Source: Camelus ferus (lineage: Eukaryota). Taken from it: DNA of 64,000 nt. Location: the NCBI RefSeq assembly GCF_009834535.1, contig NC_045697.1:93560001-93624000 (forward strand), written 5' to 3'. Below are positions 26,762 through 41,048 of this stretch, in pieces; the stretch's first letter is position 1; each line of letters opens with the position of its first letter. A model generated the notes under the pieces. The model was not told where the DNA came from and did not search any database. It saw only the letters and a list, made by a program, of their open reading frames with translations. The translations under genes were made by a program, and so were the position numbers.

Positions 26762-26870
26762 TCGTTAATCACATCTGCAAATTTATTTTAGCCATTTGAA
26801 GTAGCATGTTCAGATGTTCTGAGGTTTAGGGTGTGGACATATATGTGGAGAGACACTATTTTGACTGCTA
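26762..26870 (-). mobile_element. MaLR LTR (MLT1-type) terminal fragment
   Basis: ttaatcacatctgcaaa...gccat...gttctgaggtttagggtgtggacat...actatt matches the MLT1 5' end in reverse. Confidence 0.65.
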
Positions 26871-28291
26871 TGAATGTCACACAGAAACTTACAGCGTATT
26901 TCCTGGACTTTGTTTTCCTCCTTTGTACGACGTACTTCACCATCTGAACTTCTCAACAGTGAGGAAATCCTTTCATGACTTCTGGTCTCCCCTCTTCTCT
27001 GAATTGACTCGCAAGTTCTGATAGTGCAAGTCCCCTTTAACTGAAGGTCAAGCAGATGTCTGCTCTAAAACTATCTGTTAAATTATCTGTGTGCTCTACT
27101 TGAACTTGTGGCTTTAGTTCTGATCATCTACAAATTTCTAAAATTCCAGAGGAGACAGTTCAGAAAACAATAATAATATGTGAAAATTATTAAGTATAAA
27201 AGGATTTCAATAATAAATTTCCATATAATATTGGGGAGATAAAAGAAGTAAAGCATGCCCTTGACGCCACATAAAAGAAAAGGAATCAGAACAGTGCTAG
27301 AACTTTGTTTACATATTTTTCTGTTATTTTATAGTTGAATCTGAAAAAAGTAAGCCAGAGTTGTTGTTTTTTTTCTATTTAACTTTCTCTTTTTGTCAGA
27401 ATTCTTAGTATTATGCACAGGTATATTATCAAAAATACACCAAAAAAAGAAACAAAATCTTAAATGCAGATATGCTTCTACATTTGAAATTAAAATTCAG
27501 AGAATTATTGCCTCCTCATTTTTCTTTCTACTGACATAATAAAAAGAAAAAGGATTGATGATATTCAAAGATAAATAAAATGAAATTCAACTGAATGTAA
27601 ATAATAGTGGTAAATCTCTCTTATATTTACAATTCTTTGATTTCTGCCCAAAGTACTCAGACTGTTTATTCATAGATGAAAATGTTTATAACATGTTCAG
27701 AGTGGGGATTGCTCTCATTTGATTAAAAACAAGAGATATAAACTTATCTCTTTCTTCTATGGACTGACTTATCTGTAGGAAGTAATGTGATGCACTTACA
27801 AACTATTTTTTAACCTTTTTGTCATTTCTCTGGTTTGAAAATAGAATTATCTTTGTCTTTCTTTTGTATAATGGTTCTTGACATCTGCTTTTCTATCATA
27901 TGAAATCTAGATTTCTGACTAACAAGATACATTCTTACTTTGTTTTTCGTATGTTGTATTAAATACTGTGTTCACATGACTGGATTTAGGCTTAAAAACT
28001 GCTGACTGTCTAATACCAATAGGATAGGTTCATTAAATCTGAGCCAGTTACCCCATCACAAGAACCAAAACATATCTTCAGATTCATATCCCTTTCATGT
28101 TTCTAAACTCAAACCACAAATAACATTTCACCTCTCTCTGATCATTTGGAAAGTTTCCAAATTGTGTGACTTTCTCCATCATATTTATTCTTCCCTAATA
28201 CACTTTTTTCTAGTTTCCTAGGTGAAAAATTTAAACAAAAATTACAATATTCTCTTAACAACCTTCTTAACTCTGATTTCACATCATTCAA

Positions 28292-28500
28292 GGAAGCATG
28301 GAATGGTAGAAAAATGATGAGTTGACTCTAGTATTCAACTTGGACTAGTTTGAAGAACAAATCTTGCTACTCTGTAGCTATATGACATTCGGAAAGCTAT
28401 ATAACATGCTCTAGTAATACCGTCTTTTCTTATTATTTTAAATATCAATAATACATTACAAAGAGTTGTTGTAAGTTTTTCTCGAGTAAAATATAGTCAG
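28292..28500 (+). mobile_element. Degenerate MIR
   Basis: ggaagcatggaatggtagaaaa...tagctatatgacattcggaaagctatataac...agagttgttgtaag. Confidence 0.5.
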
Positions 28501-29884
28501 TGTTTGACTTGACAACAAATATTATCTCATTTTTGTACTTGTAGGGGTGGTTTTGGAAGTAAAAAGAGATAATACTTTGCACATCCCAGCATAGACAGTA
28601 CTCACAAAGATAAGCTGCTTTTCTGCCTCGACATTACATAAATAGAAATTTGAGTTATTAATTTTTTTCACAGCTCATCCCAAATTTGTCTACAGAGCTG
28701 TGTTTCACAATCAGCATTCTTCTTCCTGTGGTTAATGTCCCACAACAAGAGCAACGCCGCCGCCCCTCCTCTGGTCAATCAGACACCCCTCTTGATATGA
28801 TGTAACAAGTACATGACACTAGAAATTAAACCACACATACATATTCTATACAAAATTTTAGGGAATAAAAGGGATATGAAAATAAATTAGTAGAGCTGAT
28901 GAAAAAGAAAAGGATAATAATTCCAGTGGTGATGATGTACAGGAGAAACAAAGAGAACAGAAGAGGGAGAGCACCAGAGAGAGAACACTCGAGTGAGATA
29001 GAGAGAGAGATCATAATATAGGAAGCTACTGGAGACATATGTAAAATTGATCATGGATTCATAATGAACATTTTATAGTTTTCTTCCTCCATTCTTTTTC
29101 TACCCATCTAAATTCCCTCAAAACCTCAAATGTTACATATTATTTGTCTCTGGTGGGAAAATCCAAAACTTTATCTTGAAAACCTGAACTTTGTTGGTCT
29201 TGTCTGTATAGGATTACAAGTATTTTACCATTTTTGCTGCATCCCAGTCTACAACCAAGGTTATAAATACCACTTGTTCAGAATATATTGCATCATAAAA
29301 GCCCAAATTCCAGTATCCCTGGGTGGTGGTCCTAGCCAACATGGAAAATGTCTTCATTAAGCCACTTTATTGTTCTACTGAGCTAGCTGCCTACATGTGT
29401 CATTTATTAACATGTACCAAGCACATGTGTTGATGTAACTGAAGCCTGTTAATAAGAATCAGAATTAAATGAGATAGCTTCAGTTTAGATATAACATTTA
29501 GTAAAAACTTTCTTTTTATTTTGACTGACCGAATATGTTGTCTAAGGCAAGGAAACCTGTACCAAGAACTGCTGTTATAGTGTTATCTCAGTGAAGACAT
29601 ATTGCTGTCCCTTGCCATGATGAACAGAGTTCAGAAAAATTCACTTTTCTCCTGGTGACTGATGCCTCTATGGTAGGGCACCACATTGGGAGCTCAGTGT
29701 TGTTTCCACTGCTAGCAGATTGGGTTAAAGTTGTGATCAGGGCCATGTAAAATATGAGAATGTCTGTGTGTAATTGTGTCTGTGTGTGTGAAGAAATAAG
29801 TGATGAAGATTTTTAACATGTTGATAGAGAAAAGAATGGAAAATACATATTTCACAGATAACAACAGCTAGAATATCTGGGTAA

Positions 29885-30030
29885 TTATCTAGTTCCCCTT
29901 TGCTCATTTTAGAGGTGATAAAACATAGTCTCAGTAACTTCTCTTGCTGCAAATCATGCTACTAGTTAGTTGCTTGATTTTACACAAAAAAAGCTTCAAT
30001 CTCAGCTCTCAAGCCAGTGCTCATTTTTCT
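29885..30030 (-). mobile_element. Degenerate MIR
   Basis: ctcattttagaggtgataaaac...agtaactt...ctagttagt...aagccagtgctc. Confidence 0.45.
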
Positions 30031-31419
30031 GTATTTTTTTAATGTAATCTATTCTGAAAGAGGTCATAATAAGTAGATACCAAATGGAATGACAGCCGGG
30101 GAGTAAAGCAATCAATATAGCTTGGAATCTGGATGTTCTCTAGATAACAAAGCAAGTAAGGTATGCGGCTCCAGAGTATATGTTGCTTTTCTATATTGTT
30201 ATAGCTTGGAATTAGGGTATTTTATACTTTGTAATTTTTCTCACACACACAAAAAAATGTTAGCAGAAAAATTTGATCAGTGAAAACAGATAGAATGATA
30301 CTTACTATTTTTCCTCAAAGTAGACCGAAATCCCTGGAAGGTAATAAAATATTGAAATGTAATTACTGATGTGATGGAGACAGAATTACATATTTGTAAA
30401 CAACAAAACGACTACATATTTTTTAATTTATTAGAACACATCTCAAGAGTTTCTATGGGAGATTAAAAAGGGCATTAGAATCTCTATAAATATACAGCCT
30501 CAAATTGTATGGAGTTTATTTTTGTTGTTTTCATTTTAGAAATAATTTATTAAAATGTGTAGTAATACATAAATAGATTTTTTTTCCTTAGTTCTATGTA
30601 AAAGGTTTCGGGAGTTACATGGTTCAGTTTATCTTTTATATACTTTTTTTCAAGACTAATTTCACATTAATGAAGGTTCTGATTTGTCTATTTTTCAATC
30701 TGCATCTGCATCTGTATTGCATTTCTTAACCAGGGCCTGCAATTACTATGCTACTGAGTTCATAGTGGTAGGAGATTGGGGGTTCAATTTTAAACGATGT
30801 CAAAATGCATTTCACATATATACCATTCTTTATTTAATTAGAACAATGTATGTCTGTGTTCATTTTCCCCATTCATTACAAATAATTAAGCATGACTGTC
30901 TTCATTTGTTATTACAATTGAAAATCATACTTTCAGAACCCACATGGAAGGACTCATGCATGCTTCAACACAGCTACAGTTGAGAGTAGATATTAAACTG
31001 AAATCCACTTCTGGTATATTTGCACTGTAAATGTTTCATGAAAGCATTGAAAGAAGATAGGAACGAGCCGTCTGTGTCCTGGGCAGGATTGCTCTTCTCA
31101 GATAATGCCACTACATACAGTATTTATTGGCTTTTATACAGATCAGGAAGGTTGCCGACAAGGTGTTGTTATTCTGACTGAATAACCTCAACTGCAATTG
31201 AATATATAATGACTACTTGAGCGTATGTGACAGCATTCTTTGGAAAACACAATATTGAAAACATTAGGACGATTTCATTTTTAGGGGGAAATTTATACCT
31301 CATTTTGCTTATATTTTCAGGTAATATACAAATATTAAAAGTTAATATATGGCTTATATAAAAAAAGAACCTACCAAAATCTAAAGAAACCTATTTACAT
31401 AGCTTTATATTGAGGTATT

Positions 31420-31682
31420 AAATTTTTTGCATTAAATTTAGAGCAGTTTTATGTTCACAGCAAAACTGAGTGAAAGACTTCTCTATGCAGCTCCTGCCTT
31501 CACACACACACATACACACACACACAGCCTCTCCCACTGTTAACATTCCCCACCAGAGTGGAACATGTGTGATAATTAAGGACTTTATGTTGATATATCA
31601 TTATCACCCAAAGTACATAGCTTAACATTAGGGTTTGCTCATTTAGTGTTATACATTCCATAGGTTTGGACAAATATTTATA
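31420..31682 (-). mobile_element. Old L1 (L1MC/MD-like) 3' end with internal (CA)n
   Basis: tagagcagttttatgttcacagcaaaactgag...cacagcctctcccactgttaacattccccaccagagtgg...cattatcacccaaagt...taggtttggacaaat. Confidence 0.8.
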
Positions 31683-33881
31683 CTAGTTTTACTCAAAAGA
31701 ATCAAAACTGTGACTATATACGTATGCCTCAATAAATGACCTCCACATAGCAGCAGTGCGTGATGACTGTAATCTTTAATAGAGTAGTATTTTGCACTGG
31801 TAAAATTGTCCTCATATTTGCTAAGTGAAACATTATTGAGCAATGTGGAAATGGAGATAAATCCAAAGACCATATAAAAAATTTCCTGTATTTCTGATGT
31901 AAAGAGTAACTTTTAAATAATTGAGTTTACCAAACCATTTCCATTTTTGTCATAATTAACTAATCTTATCTTCAACATGTTTTTGAAAGGACTTTATTGT
32001 TTTGTCCAAGAAAATGAACTAAATTCTGGAAAAAGCACATGAAGTCTTAAATATAAAGAAAAATGTAATGAAGATTTTGAAAGCAAAATGATCATATTCT
32101 TTCAGAGTATATTGCAACTATAAATTGTAAATTGTTTTTTATTATCCCAATGGTGATATTTTGCCCCAGACTCTCTTCTATACTAAAGATATCTCAAATT
32201 GAGGAAAATATCCTTGAATGCATATTTTTATGATATAATAAACATAAGCTAAAAAATTATGGGTAAATAACCCATTTGTCTTTGCAAATGTTGTCATAGA
32301 AATACTCATGAAATGTACAATAATAAAATTGTTTGGGTTTAATATATTATTCAAAGAAAATTTTATGTAAAAACTTCATTGCAATTTGGGCTACCAAAGA
32401 TGAAATTTAGAAAAGAACTTTGGAAAACAAAGTAATTTAGAAAGTACTATAATTAGAAATCCCCAATGCATTAAAAAAGAAATGTTTTAGTCTGTTTTTA
32501 ATTTAAAAAATGAGATTTACATTAAGCATAATATTAGCAAAAACTTATTCAGTTTGATGAAGGAAAATGTAAAGAATATGACAATCAAAAGGACATTGCC
32601 CTGCTAGATTAAATTTAGTAAGAATAAAATCTTTAGCAGTTAAGTAGCTTTTCAGAAATTAATGAATGTCAAACGTCTCTAGGCTCTCAAATTGCTTAGT
32701 TCATACAAGGGTGAGTACAATAATATGTATACTTCCCTAGTTTATTAGTTATTTGGAACGTATTTTTAAAACTAGAAACAAAGTGCTGGTTTGGTTACAT
32801 TCACGAGGTGAACGTTCGCACAAAGTGTCTTCTATCATCTATCTGTGACTGTGATTCCCTTTTAAACACCAAATGTGGGACAAGAAGAAATATGGCTCCA
32901 TGTTTTGTTAAAAATTTCATTTTTCTAAATTACTTATTCATAAAATGAGTCTACAAAATATTTCTATTCCAACTTTCAGCTATGTTTTAGTTTTGAATTT
33001 TATACTCAAAATTTTTGAAAATACAAAAGGGTGATAGTGTCTAGTGCCTATTGTGCTGTGTTTTTTCTTTTTATTTTATTTTTCAATATCACATAATGAT
33101 TAAGAGGTATTTCTCAAGAGCACAGTTGTTGCACAGGTGTGTTTCCCAGGCTGTGGTCTTGTTTGCTTGTCCACCTGGCCACTTTCTGCTTCTCCACAGC
33201 ATCTGGCCTCTACCAGTCTTCCGTCTCAGTCCCTTCCCCATCCAGGTGAAGTCTTGGGTGATGTTTAAGACAGCTCCAGGGAAGTTCTTTCCTGCATTGC
33301 CTGCATCTCGTGTAAAGAAAACAAACTCTTTGCTCCCATCTCTGCAGCTTCAACTTATTTTTAGATTTGACACATGCTTTCCATACAGCCCTCTGTTTCC
33401 TGCCGCCCTGCCATCTCAGGCTGAGTCTGCTTGAACTTCCCACATTACTGCTCATGCTTCCTAGTGTCTAGTGGTCCTGGTGCAATCCTTTTTCATCTGA
33501 CCTCAGGTTTGGAGGATGTACCTCTCTGGCCTTCCCCCTAATATGGTGGAAGCTACCTCAGAACTGTCTTCAAAGGAAATCTCTCTCTCTCTTCTAATTT
33601 TTTTCAACTTGGCCCATTTGAAAAGCTAACCACTGATGTCCACTAAATCTGACAGAATTTCTTGTGTAAGACCGTAGCACATCCTTCATAGATATCCTAA
33701 CTCTGATAATAGGACATTAGGTATTTGGCCCTATTTAACTGTTTTCAGAATTAGAAACAGTGGCAAAATTCTCTGTGACAAGCTGATGACACACATGTAA
33801 CATCTTATTACAAAGTTCTAAGTGCATTATCTTCTCCAAAACTGCTATGATGACAGCATCAATTAAAAGAATCACTTAACA

Positions 33882-34473
33882 GGCACCCCAATGTTCATAG
33901 CAGCACTATTTACATTAGCCAAGACATGGAAACAGCCTATATTTCCATCGACAGATGACTGGATAAAGAAGCTGGGGTATATTTATACAATGGAATACTA
34001 CTCGGCCAGAAAAAATAATAAAATAATGCCATTTGCAGCAACATGGATGAACCTGGAGATTGTCATTCTAAGAGAAGTAAGCCAGAAAGAGAAAAATACC
34101 ATAGGATATTACTTACATCTGGAATCTAAAAAAAAGACAAATGAACTTATTTACAAAACAGAAACAGACTCACAGACATAGAAAACAAACTTATGGTTAC
34201 CGTGGGGGAAGGAGGTGGGAAGGGATAAATTGGGAGTTTGAGATTTGCAGATATTTACTAATATATGTAAAATAGATAAACAAGTTCATACTGTGTAGCA
34301 CAGGGAACTATATATTCAATATCTTGTAGTAATTTATGGTGAAAAAGAATATGAAAACAAATATATGTATGTTCATGTATGAATGAGCATTATGCTGTAC
34401 ACTAGAAATTAACACAACATTGTAAACTGACTATCCTTCAATAAATATATACATACACAAATTTTTAAAAAAA
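33882..34473 (+). mobile_element. Younger artiodactyl/camelid-type L1 3' end (ORF2 C-terminus plus 3' UTR)
   Basis: Peptide MFIAALFTLAKTWKQPIFPSTDDWIKKLGYIYTMEYYSA...IMPFAATWMNLEIVIL is the L1 ORF2 C-terminus. Poly(A) tail. TSD-like aaaagaatcac (33865-33875) / aaaggaatcac (34473-34483). Confidence 0.93.
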
Positions 34474-36469
34474 AAGGAATCACAGAAATGACCAGATTGC
34501 ACTGCATACGTAAAAACTATATTTAATAAGTGAGTCTACTTAAACATACATTTTCCATTTATTTTACCTAACACTAAGTATTTTTAAACTTAAATTCTAT
34601 TAGTGTATATGAATTGTATTCAGGTTGTGTTATTTAATCATTTAAATTCTGTAAGTAAGTTTTTAACCTATATGCAGTTTTCTGTATGACATCAATCTAA
34701 GCGGTTTTTGAAATATACTTTTCAAAATTATTTTTAGTTAAAAGATATAACACTACTCTCATGTCATTAGATTCAGTCACTGAATTTTGAAATATTTTCT
34801 TCCCTTAATAGCCCTGTTTTGAGAAAGTGAGTGCTAAAAAACCTGTGAAAACATTTCTAATTAACAAATGCAACTATTTATTTTGAGAAAATGAGTGCCA
34901 AATCATAGCCATTTTTGAGGGAGTATTCATGTGGCCCCACCATTTTTATTCTGATGTGATTTTTGATGAAAGACAAGAAAATGACATTGTGGTATCACTC
35001 TTGTGAAAGTGGACTTTTAAAATAATGATTGGTGGGAAGTGTGCTCTACAATGAATTTGGGGAATAATTCAAAGTAATCAAAAATATTCTGCATAAGAAT
35101 TTCTTTTAATTTTTGTTTAATTTGCTCAAACTTAAACTAGAAACTCAGTATAGCCTGTAATTTCACTCATTTTTTTAAAAATTAAGCATTAAAATTTAGA
35201 GAACAAAATATTTGAGCAGTCAGTGTGGAAAGAGTGTGAATCTAACAGTTTAATCAGAACCTCAAGTAATTTAAAGAAGTAAACAGTTTAAATAAACCAT
35301 ATTAAATTTTATTTTATATTTTGTCAAATTTTTAACACAGATGATTGCATATACACATACTTGTTTTTATAAGTATGTATTCATACATTTATGATTGCTT
35401 AATTCTTATTTATACCCAAATACAAATTATACTTTTTAAAATTAATGAATTAAGGAAATGATAAATACAAGGGCTAATCAAGGTTTATTTATTCACTTCA
35501 AAACCTGTTGCATTTTTACAACCCTTTATGAAAAAAGATAAAGGTACTAAGTTTCAGGGTGAAATGGGTATTAATCAGAGGGGCTAATCTAGTCTGTCAC
35601 TATCAGAAAAAGGGATTTAAATTTTGTAAATATATTGATTTTTACAACTGGTATCATGAGAAGCATGTGCAATGAGTCATCTCTTCACATGGTCATTGAA
35701 TCATTAAAGCATAAATTAAATATGCATTTAAACTTTGAGTTTAAATTAATAACTGGGAAATACATAAAATATTATCTTTTATTTTGAACACATTATCTTT
35801 TCTTATTTTCTTTAGTCATAAAACTATACACAAAACTAGTTTGGGTAAGAATATAAACAAAAATGATGAATAATATAGATATAACCAGTGATTTTAGTGA
35901 GGACATTCTAGGCAAAGATAAGGATTATGTTACATTTATCTGGTTGATTACAAACCAGTCTTAACATTTAGTATTAAAGATTGATACGTCTCAAAAATTG
36001 AGGCTGATAATATTTCCTGAGAATCTAATTATTATTAGAGCAGTTTGTAAAATTGTATAAAACCCTTGTCACATAAAGTTTAGTATTGCTGTTGATACCA
36101 CATGAATTTTATTCAACCACTGTTTATACAATTCCACTTTTGTTTTCTTTCAGTTCAGACTTGAGTTTTCTGAGTTTTGGTAATTTGTCCCTCAGTACAC
36201 AGAATGTTACTTCAGTGGATTTAGAATTTGTTTTTTATTTTATTTTTTCCTTGAAATGCTTTGGCTCTAGAAAGTGTTCCCCAGTGGCCTTTGTTGAATC
36301 ATATGTCATTTTTAAGTTCCTAAAAAGTCCTTAAAGTTTACTATGATAAATATTTTATAATTGACAGCATAGTTAGTAGATCTCATGTATCCATTAATTC
36401 ATCTTTTTCTACACTTTATTTTCAAATTTATTTTCCTTATAACATATATTCTGAATTTATTGTGTTCTA

Positions 36470-36676
36470 TTATTTTTTTATTGACGTATAGTCAGTCTAT
36501 AATGTTATATTAATTTCTGGTGTACTGCATACTGATTCAGTTATACATGTATATATTGTTTTTCATAATAGCTATTATAGGATATTGAATACAGTTCCCT
36601 GTGCTGTGCAGTAGGACCATGTTGTTTATCTATTTTATATATAGTACTTAGTATCTGCTAATCCTGAACTCCCTAT
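36470..36676 (-). mobile_element. Short L1 3' end (same family as 33882)
   Basis: tttattgacgtatagtcagtctataatgtt...gatattgaatacagttccctgtgctgtgcagtagg...gtatctgctaatcctgaactccc. Confidence 0.85.
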
Positions 36677-39472
36677 TCTCTTAATCATTGCTTTCTATCC
36701 TGTTTTTTTTTCTTCAGAGGGATCTATGAATTAAATTTTTTTTTCCCAGTAGTTTCTGATAAACGTATTTAGACCAAAGCTGAATATTTGCTGACTGATG
36801 ATGATTTCTTTAATCCAGATGATGAACTAATTATGTCATGCCTTGCCTTTAGGCATAAAATTTTAAAAGTTAATTTATACTTTTAACAAAAATTTAACAG
36901 TGATATTTTGCATACCAGGTTTGTGGAGCTATAACAAAAAAAGTTACTTGCCTTCAAGAAATACGAAAATTGGAAGATGAATTTTAATACATACATCTGA
37001 GATTATCAGATTATGTGTGTATGGTTTGTTTTTGTTATTAAATTGATGACTAGTAAATTAATACTTGAAATAATATATTCAATAGGCTAATTCATTGGTC
37101 ATTTAGTTTCATCTTTTTACTATTGATAGCATTTCTAATTTTAAAATATTCATGCTTGGTTACTCAGAATCAGTTATTTATTTTTCTTCAAATTTGCTTA
37201 AGATTAAACCTTTCCAGATGTTTCTTCTGAAAGTAAAAGCTTTAATTGTACAGTTTTATTATTCAGTATTCTCTCAATTCTCATGTGAAGTGAGTATAAT
37301 TGATGTAAAAAAGTGGTATTTTGTGACTGTAAAAAATACAATACCTAAGTTTTCTAATTTAATCATAGGCAAAGCAGTTACTTCTCACACTGTGAGTAGC
37401 AGCTTATGCTAATAGGTAATCACAGTTTATGCCTAATAGCTACCATACCCTTCATAGGTGGAAGAAAAGTCACTATGGCTATCTATCTTGTTGCAGAGTT
37501 AAACAAACAAGTAAAGAAATAAACATATTTTTGCCAATTTATTAATGACTGTTAATTCTGATGTATTAGAAATGCTAAGGAGTTTTTTTTAACAAATTAT
37601 AATTATTTGAAAAATTTGAGAATTATTGCAAAATCATAATTTTGAAAAAGATATATACAGAAATGATTTTTTTTTCTTAAAAATAGACTCATGAAGTTGT
37701 GAAATTGGAGAAGATTACATGGTTATAATCTCCTTGTTTCAAAGAAGTAAGTTTTGGAGCAGTCTAACACATAAGGTTGTCCAAATTCTCTGTCTGCCCA
37801 TCCTCCCCTCCATCTTCCAATACAGGAAAAAAATAAGGAAATTCTCCCTTGGTAGACACATTAAATACTTGTCATATTGAACAAAAAATTAAATAGTTTT
37901 GTTTTTATTCTTAAGTGGACAAGAGGAGAAAACTTCTCAGTATTTTTCTCTAGTAATTTGCTGAGTAGAAAATACATACATAGTACTGATATATTTTATT
38001 TTTTTAAATTCATGTAGAAATATAAAATGGACAGAAATACATACATACATACACATAAATAACTTACCTGCATCTGTTCCAAGTAATGTATTTGGCATTT
38101 TAGCTTAATTATTTCAATATACAGGAGAATAGGTAAGGTAACAAGTCAAGGTCCTGGGTTGAGCTATAAGCTAACAAAGGAATTTCCTTCTATTTATTAG
38201 CCAGGAACTACTCTCCAGATGCCAGTGAGTTCTCAACACAAATTCTTCTTATTTCAATTCTAGCACCCAGATTCAAAGAGTATATGTATAATGTTAATGA
38301 CGCTAAATGATTAATCTTACAATAATGAATTAAACTGTCAAGATTTATATAATGACGTCCTGAATTAGTTGTTTCTTATTTTTAATTAGGTATTAAGGCC
38401 AATTCTGCAGTCTCATTGTTAGCATTTTTTCATCTGAAGAATGAGCTGTATCTCTAAGCTGCATTCAAATGCAGGCAAACATAGAATTTGTTTTGCTTTG
38501 TATGAAGCGTAGTGATACTGTCTTAAATATTACAAAGGAGTAGAAATGGTGAAACCTTAAGCAAGGCATCATGTTGAATTTGGACACATCTTCAGAACAT
38601 TTTCTCCTAATTTACTTTGTTTACAGTAGTAGAACATTTTGTGAGTAAACATTTTTCTTATGGTTGAAAGAAAACCTATTTAATTAATATGTTCAAATAT
38701 TAGTAGAAGTATAATATACACGATCCTCCCAGACAGCAGAGTCTTTTCAGAAATTCAGAGGCTGATACATGGTCTATAATGAAATAACTGGCTTTAATAC
38801 ACTTGTTATCGGAAAGAATTTGTTTAGTGTTTTAATTTTTAAAACATCCAGTACAAGTGAATTGAAGTCATAACCCTGAAGCATTTTCTTGGAGAACTTT
38901 TAGATATTATTACCATGAAATTAATTTCTTACTGAACGACAGATAAATTATTTTTGGGTGAATAGAATTAATGAAGTTTTAGATAGCTTTCCTTAGGGTT
39001 GGACTTTAATTGAACAATTACACAACTTTACCAATTGGCTTTAGAACAATGATTGATACTATAATAATTCAGAGAGGCTTTTTTATCCAAGAATAAAGTA
39101 AAGCAGTTTATTCATATATAATGCTAAAATTATAATAGTTACTTTCTGAAACTGAATGAATTTCTTTGAAGTGATTATAATTTTGAATATTTCGAATACT
39201 TTCCTTTTTAGTATTCTTCTAAATGTTTGATCTTAATTAATCTTAATAAATAAATGTATAGATAAACATCTTGTTCTATAATTTTTCCTTATTTTTGTCT
39301 TATAATGTGGATGGACACTTTAAAAAATCTATAGTATGTCTAAGAATTTAAAAATCTCATGTTTTATATTCAAGCAATAATCTCAAAACTATGTAAATAA
39401 ACTAAATTTTATGCAATCATATACTATTATATACTATGTTAATTCTTCTGAGAACATAACCTAATGTTATAT

Positions 39473-40039
39473 TATTACTGAATGAAGTTCTTTTGCCAAA
39501 TGCTGAGACACCAAGATTTGCAGCAAAGAAAGGGTTTATTCAGGAGACAGCCAAACTGGGAGACAGGAGAACAAACCTCAAACCTGCTTCCCACAAAGCG
39601 AGGGGCTTGGGATACTTACTGGGCAAAGCTGAGGTGTGGAGACCAGGGGGCAAAGTAATTGGAGATAATAAAATGGTGAAATAATTGTTCTGCACAGAGG
39701 CAAATAAGCTACCCACAAGTCTCCATCATGGGGTGCATGCTCAGAAAACATAAGTGTTAGCATGATCTGAGGGTAGCGTTTTTGGTTCTCTGAAGTCAGA
39801 AAGTCACCAAGCAGACACGTGCACGTGTCCACATGGAGGGGCAGTGGTCTTAACCAGTCTTAACCAACTCAGGGTCAAGCTGTACACAGCTGACTTCAAG
39901 TTCCTAAAAAAGAACTCAGGTAAACATCTTATTGTTTAGGCTACATGATGCTTGGAAAACATGCAAGTCTTTTGTAGTAACGAAGTTAGCTTGAGGTTAC
40001 AAGTATAATGGATCTAGCCGGTGATTACCCTTAGTTTCA
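39473..40039 (-). mobile_element. ERV1-class solo LTR (MER41-like), 567 bp
   Basis: TATTACTG (mutated TG)...GTTTCA termini with exact 4-bp TSD ATAT (39469-39472 / 40040-40043). ccaaatgctgagacaccaagatttgcagcaaagaaagggtttatt carries the minus-strand poly(A) signal. Confidence 0.82.
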
Positions 40040-41048
40040 ATATCACAACAAAATTTTTAAACAGATCTATCAAACAACTACTATTCTATTCATTGGTTCT
40101 TTGCACGTATTTTTCCATACATTTTCACCTCTGAAATAGAAGGCATGTTGTAAGAGTTCAATTAGTAGTGTATTTTTCTTTCTTTTTTTTTGGCAGTGGC
40201 ATGCCCATTCCGCATTCCATTAACTATATTGCCAGCAGTGTAGTATCTGTTGACAGTATAAGATGATAGACAAAAATTCTACCTTTCAAACTAGGAGGAG
40301 ATATAGGAAAACTTTGAAACTAATTACAGTATAACTGTATGTATGTTTTGATAAAAGAAATGTAGAGTATGTGACACTCTACTAGGGGTACTTAACTCCA
40401 AGAATAGTAAGTGTTCACATTTATGCTGAATTTTTGAATAGTTATGGGATCATTATCAATTTTAATTAACATGATAAAAATTTTGTTTCGAGTTGATATT
40501 TTACCAAGATATTTCTTGTCAGTATTTGGCTACAGTATATAATGAAATTTTTAAATCTTAACTCTTTGATCTTGGTTCCTCAAAAGATAATATAATTTAA
40601 ATATTTTGATAGGAAAATTTTAAAAGATTGTTATAGAAAACGCCTTTGTTCAAAGAAAAAAAAAATAGAATATCAAGCTTAAGGTTGTAGTCTTTAGTTA
40701 TAAACCGACTAAGGACCTATGTATCAATTAGTTCTCATCAGGAGATTTATCTTTTAAGAATATTAAACAGAGTACAATTCCAATGCAATGAATAGATCAA
40801 AACCATGTACTTAAATCTTTAATATTTGTTCATCCATATTATAAGACTACAAATTTTACCAGTATTTTTCACAAGTATTGGAAATAATACAATATTATTT
40901 CTTAGGGGTAGTCAGTATGCCTGTCACTTGACCTAGGAGAAATATCTGCTACATTACGTGACACGAAGTCCATGCACAGTCCCCTCAACCCAGGAAATTG
41001 AACAAGAAGATATATGTCATGTTTACCATGCAATTTCAGAGTTACTGG

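Noticed and set aside
33051..33434. 127-aa ORF in a GC-richer block
   Set aside because: Non-ATG start, no domain and no convincing splice signals.
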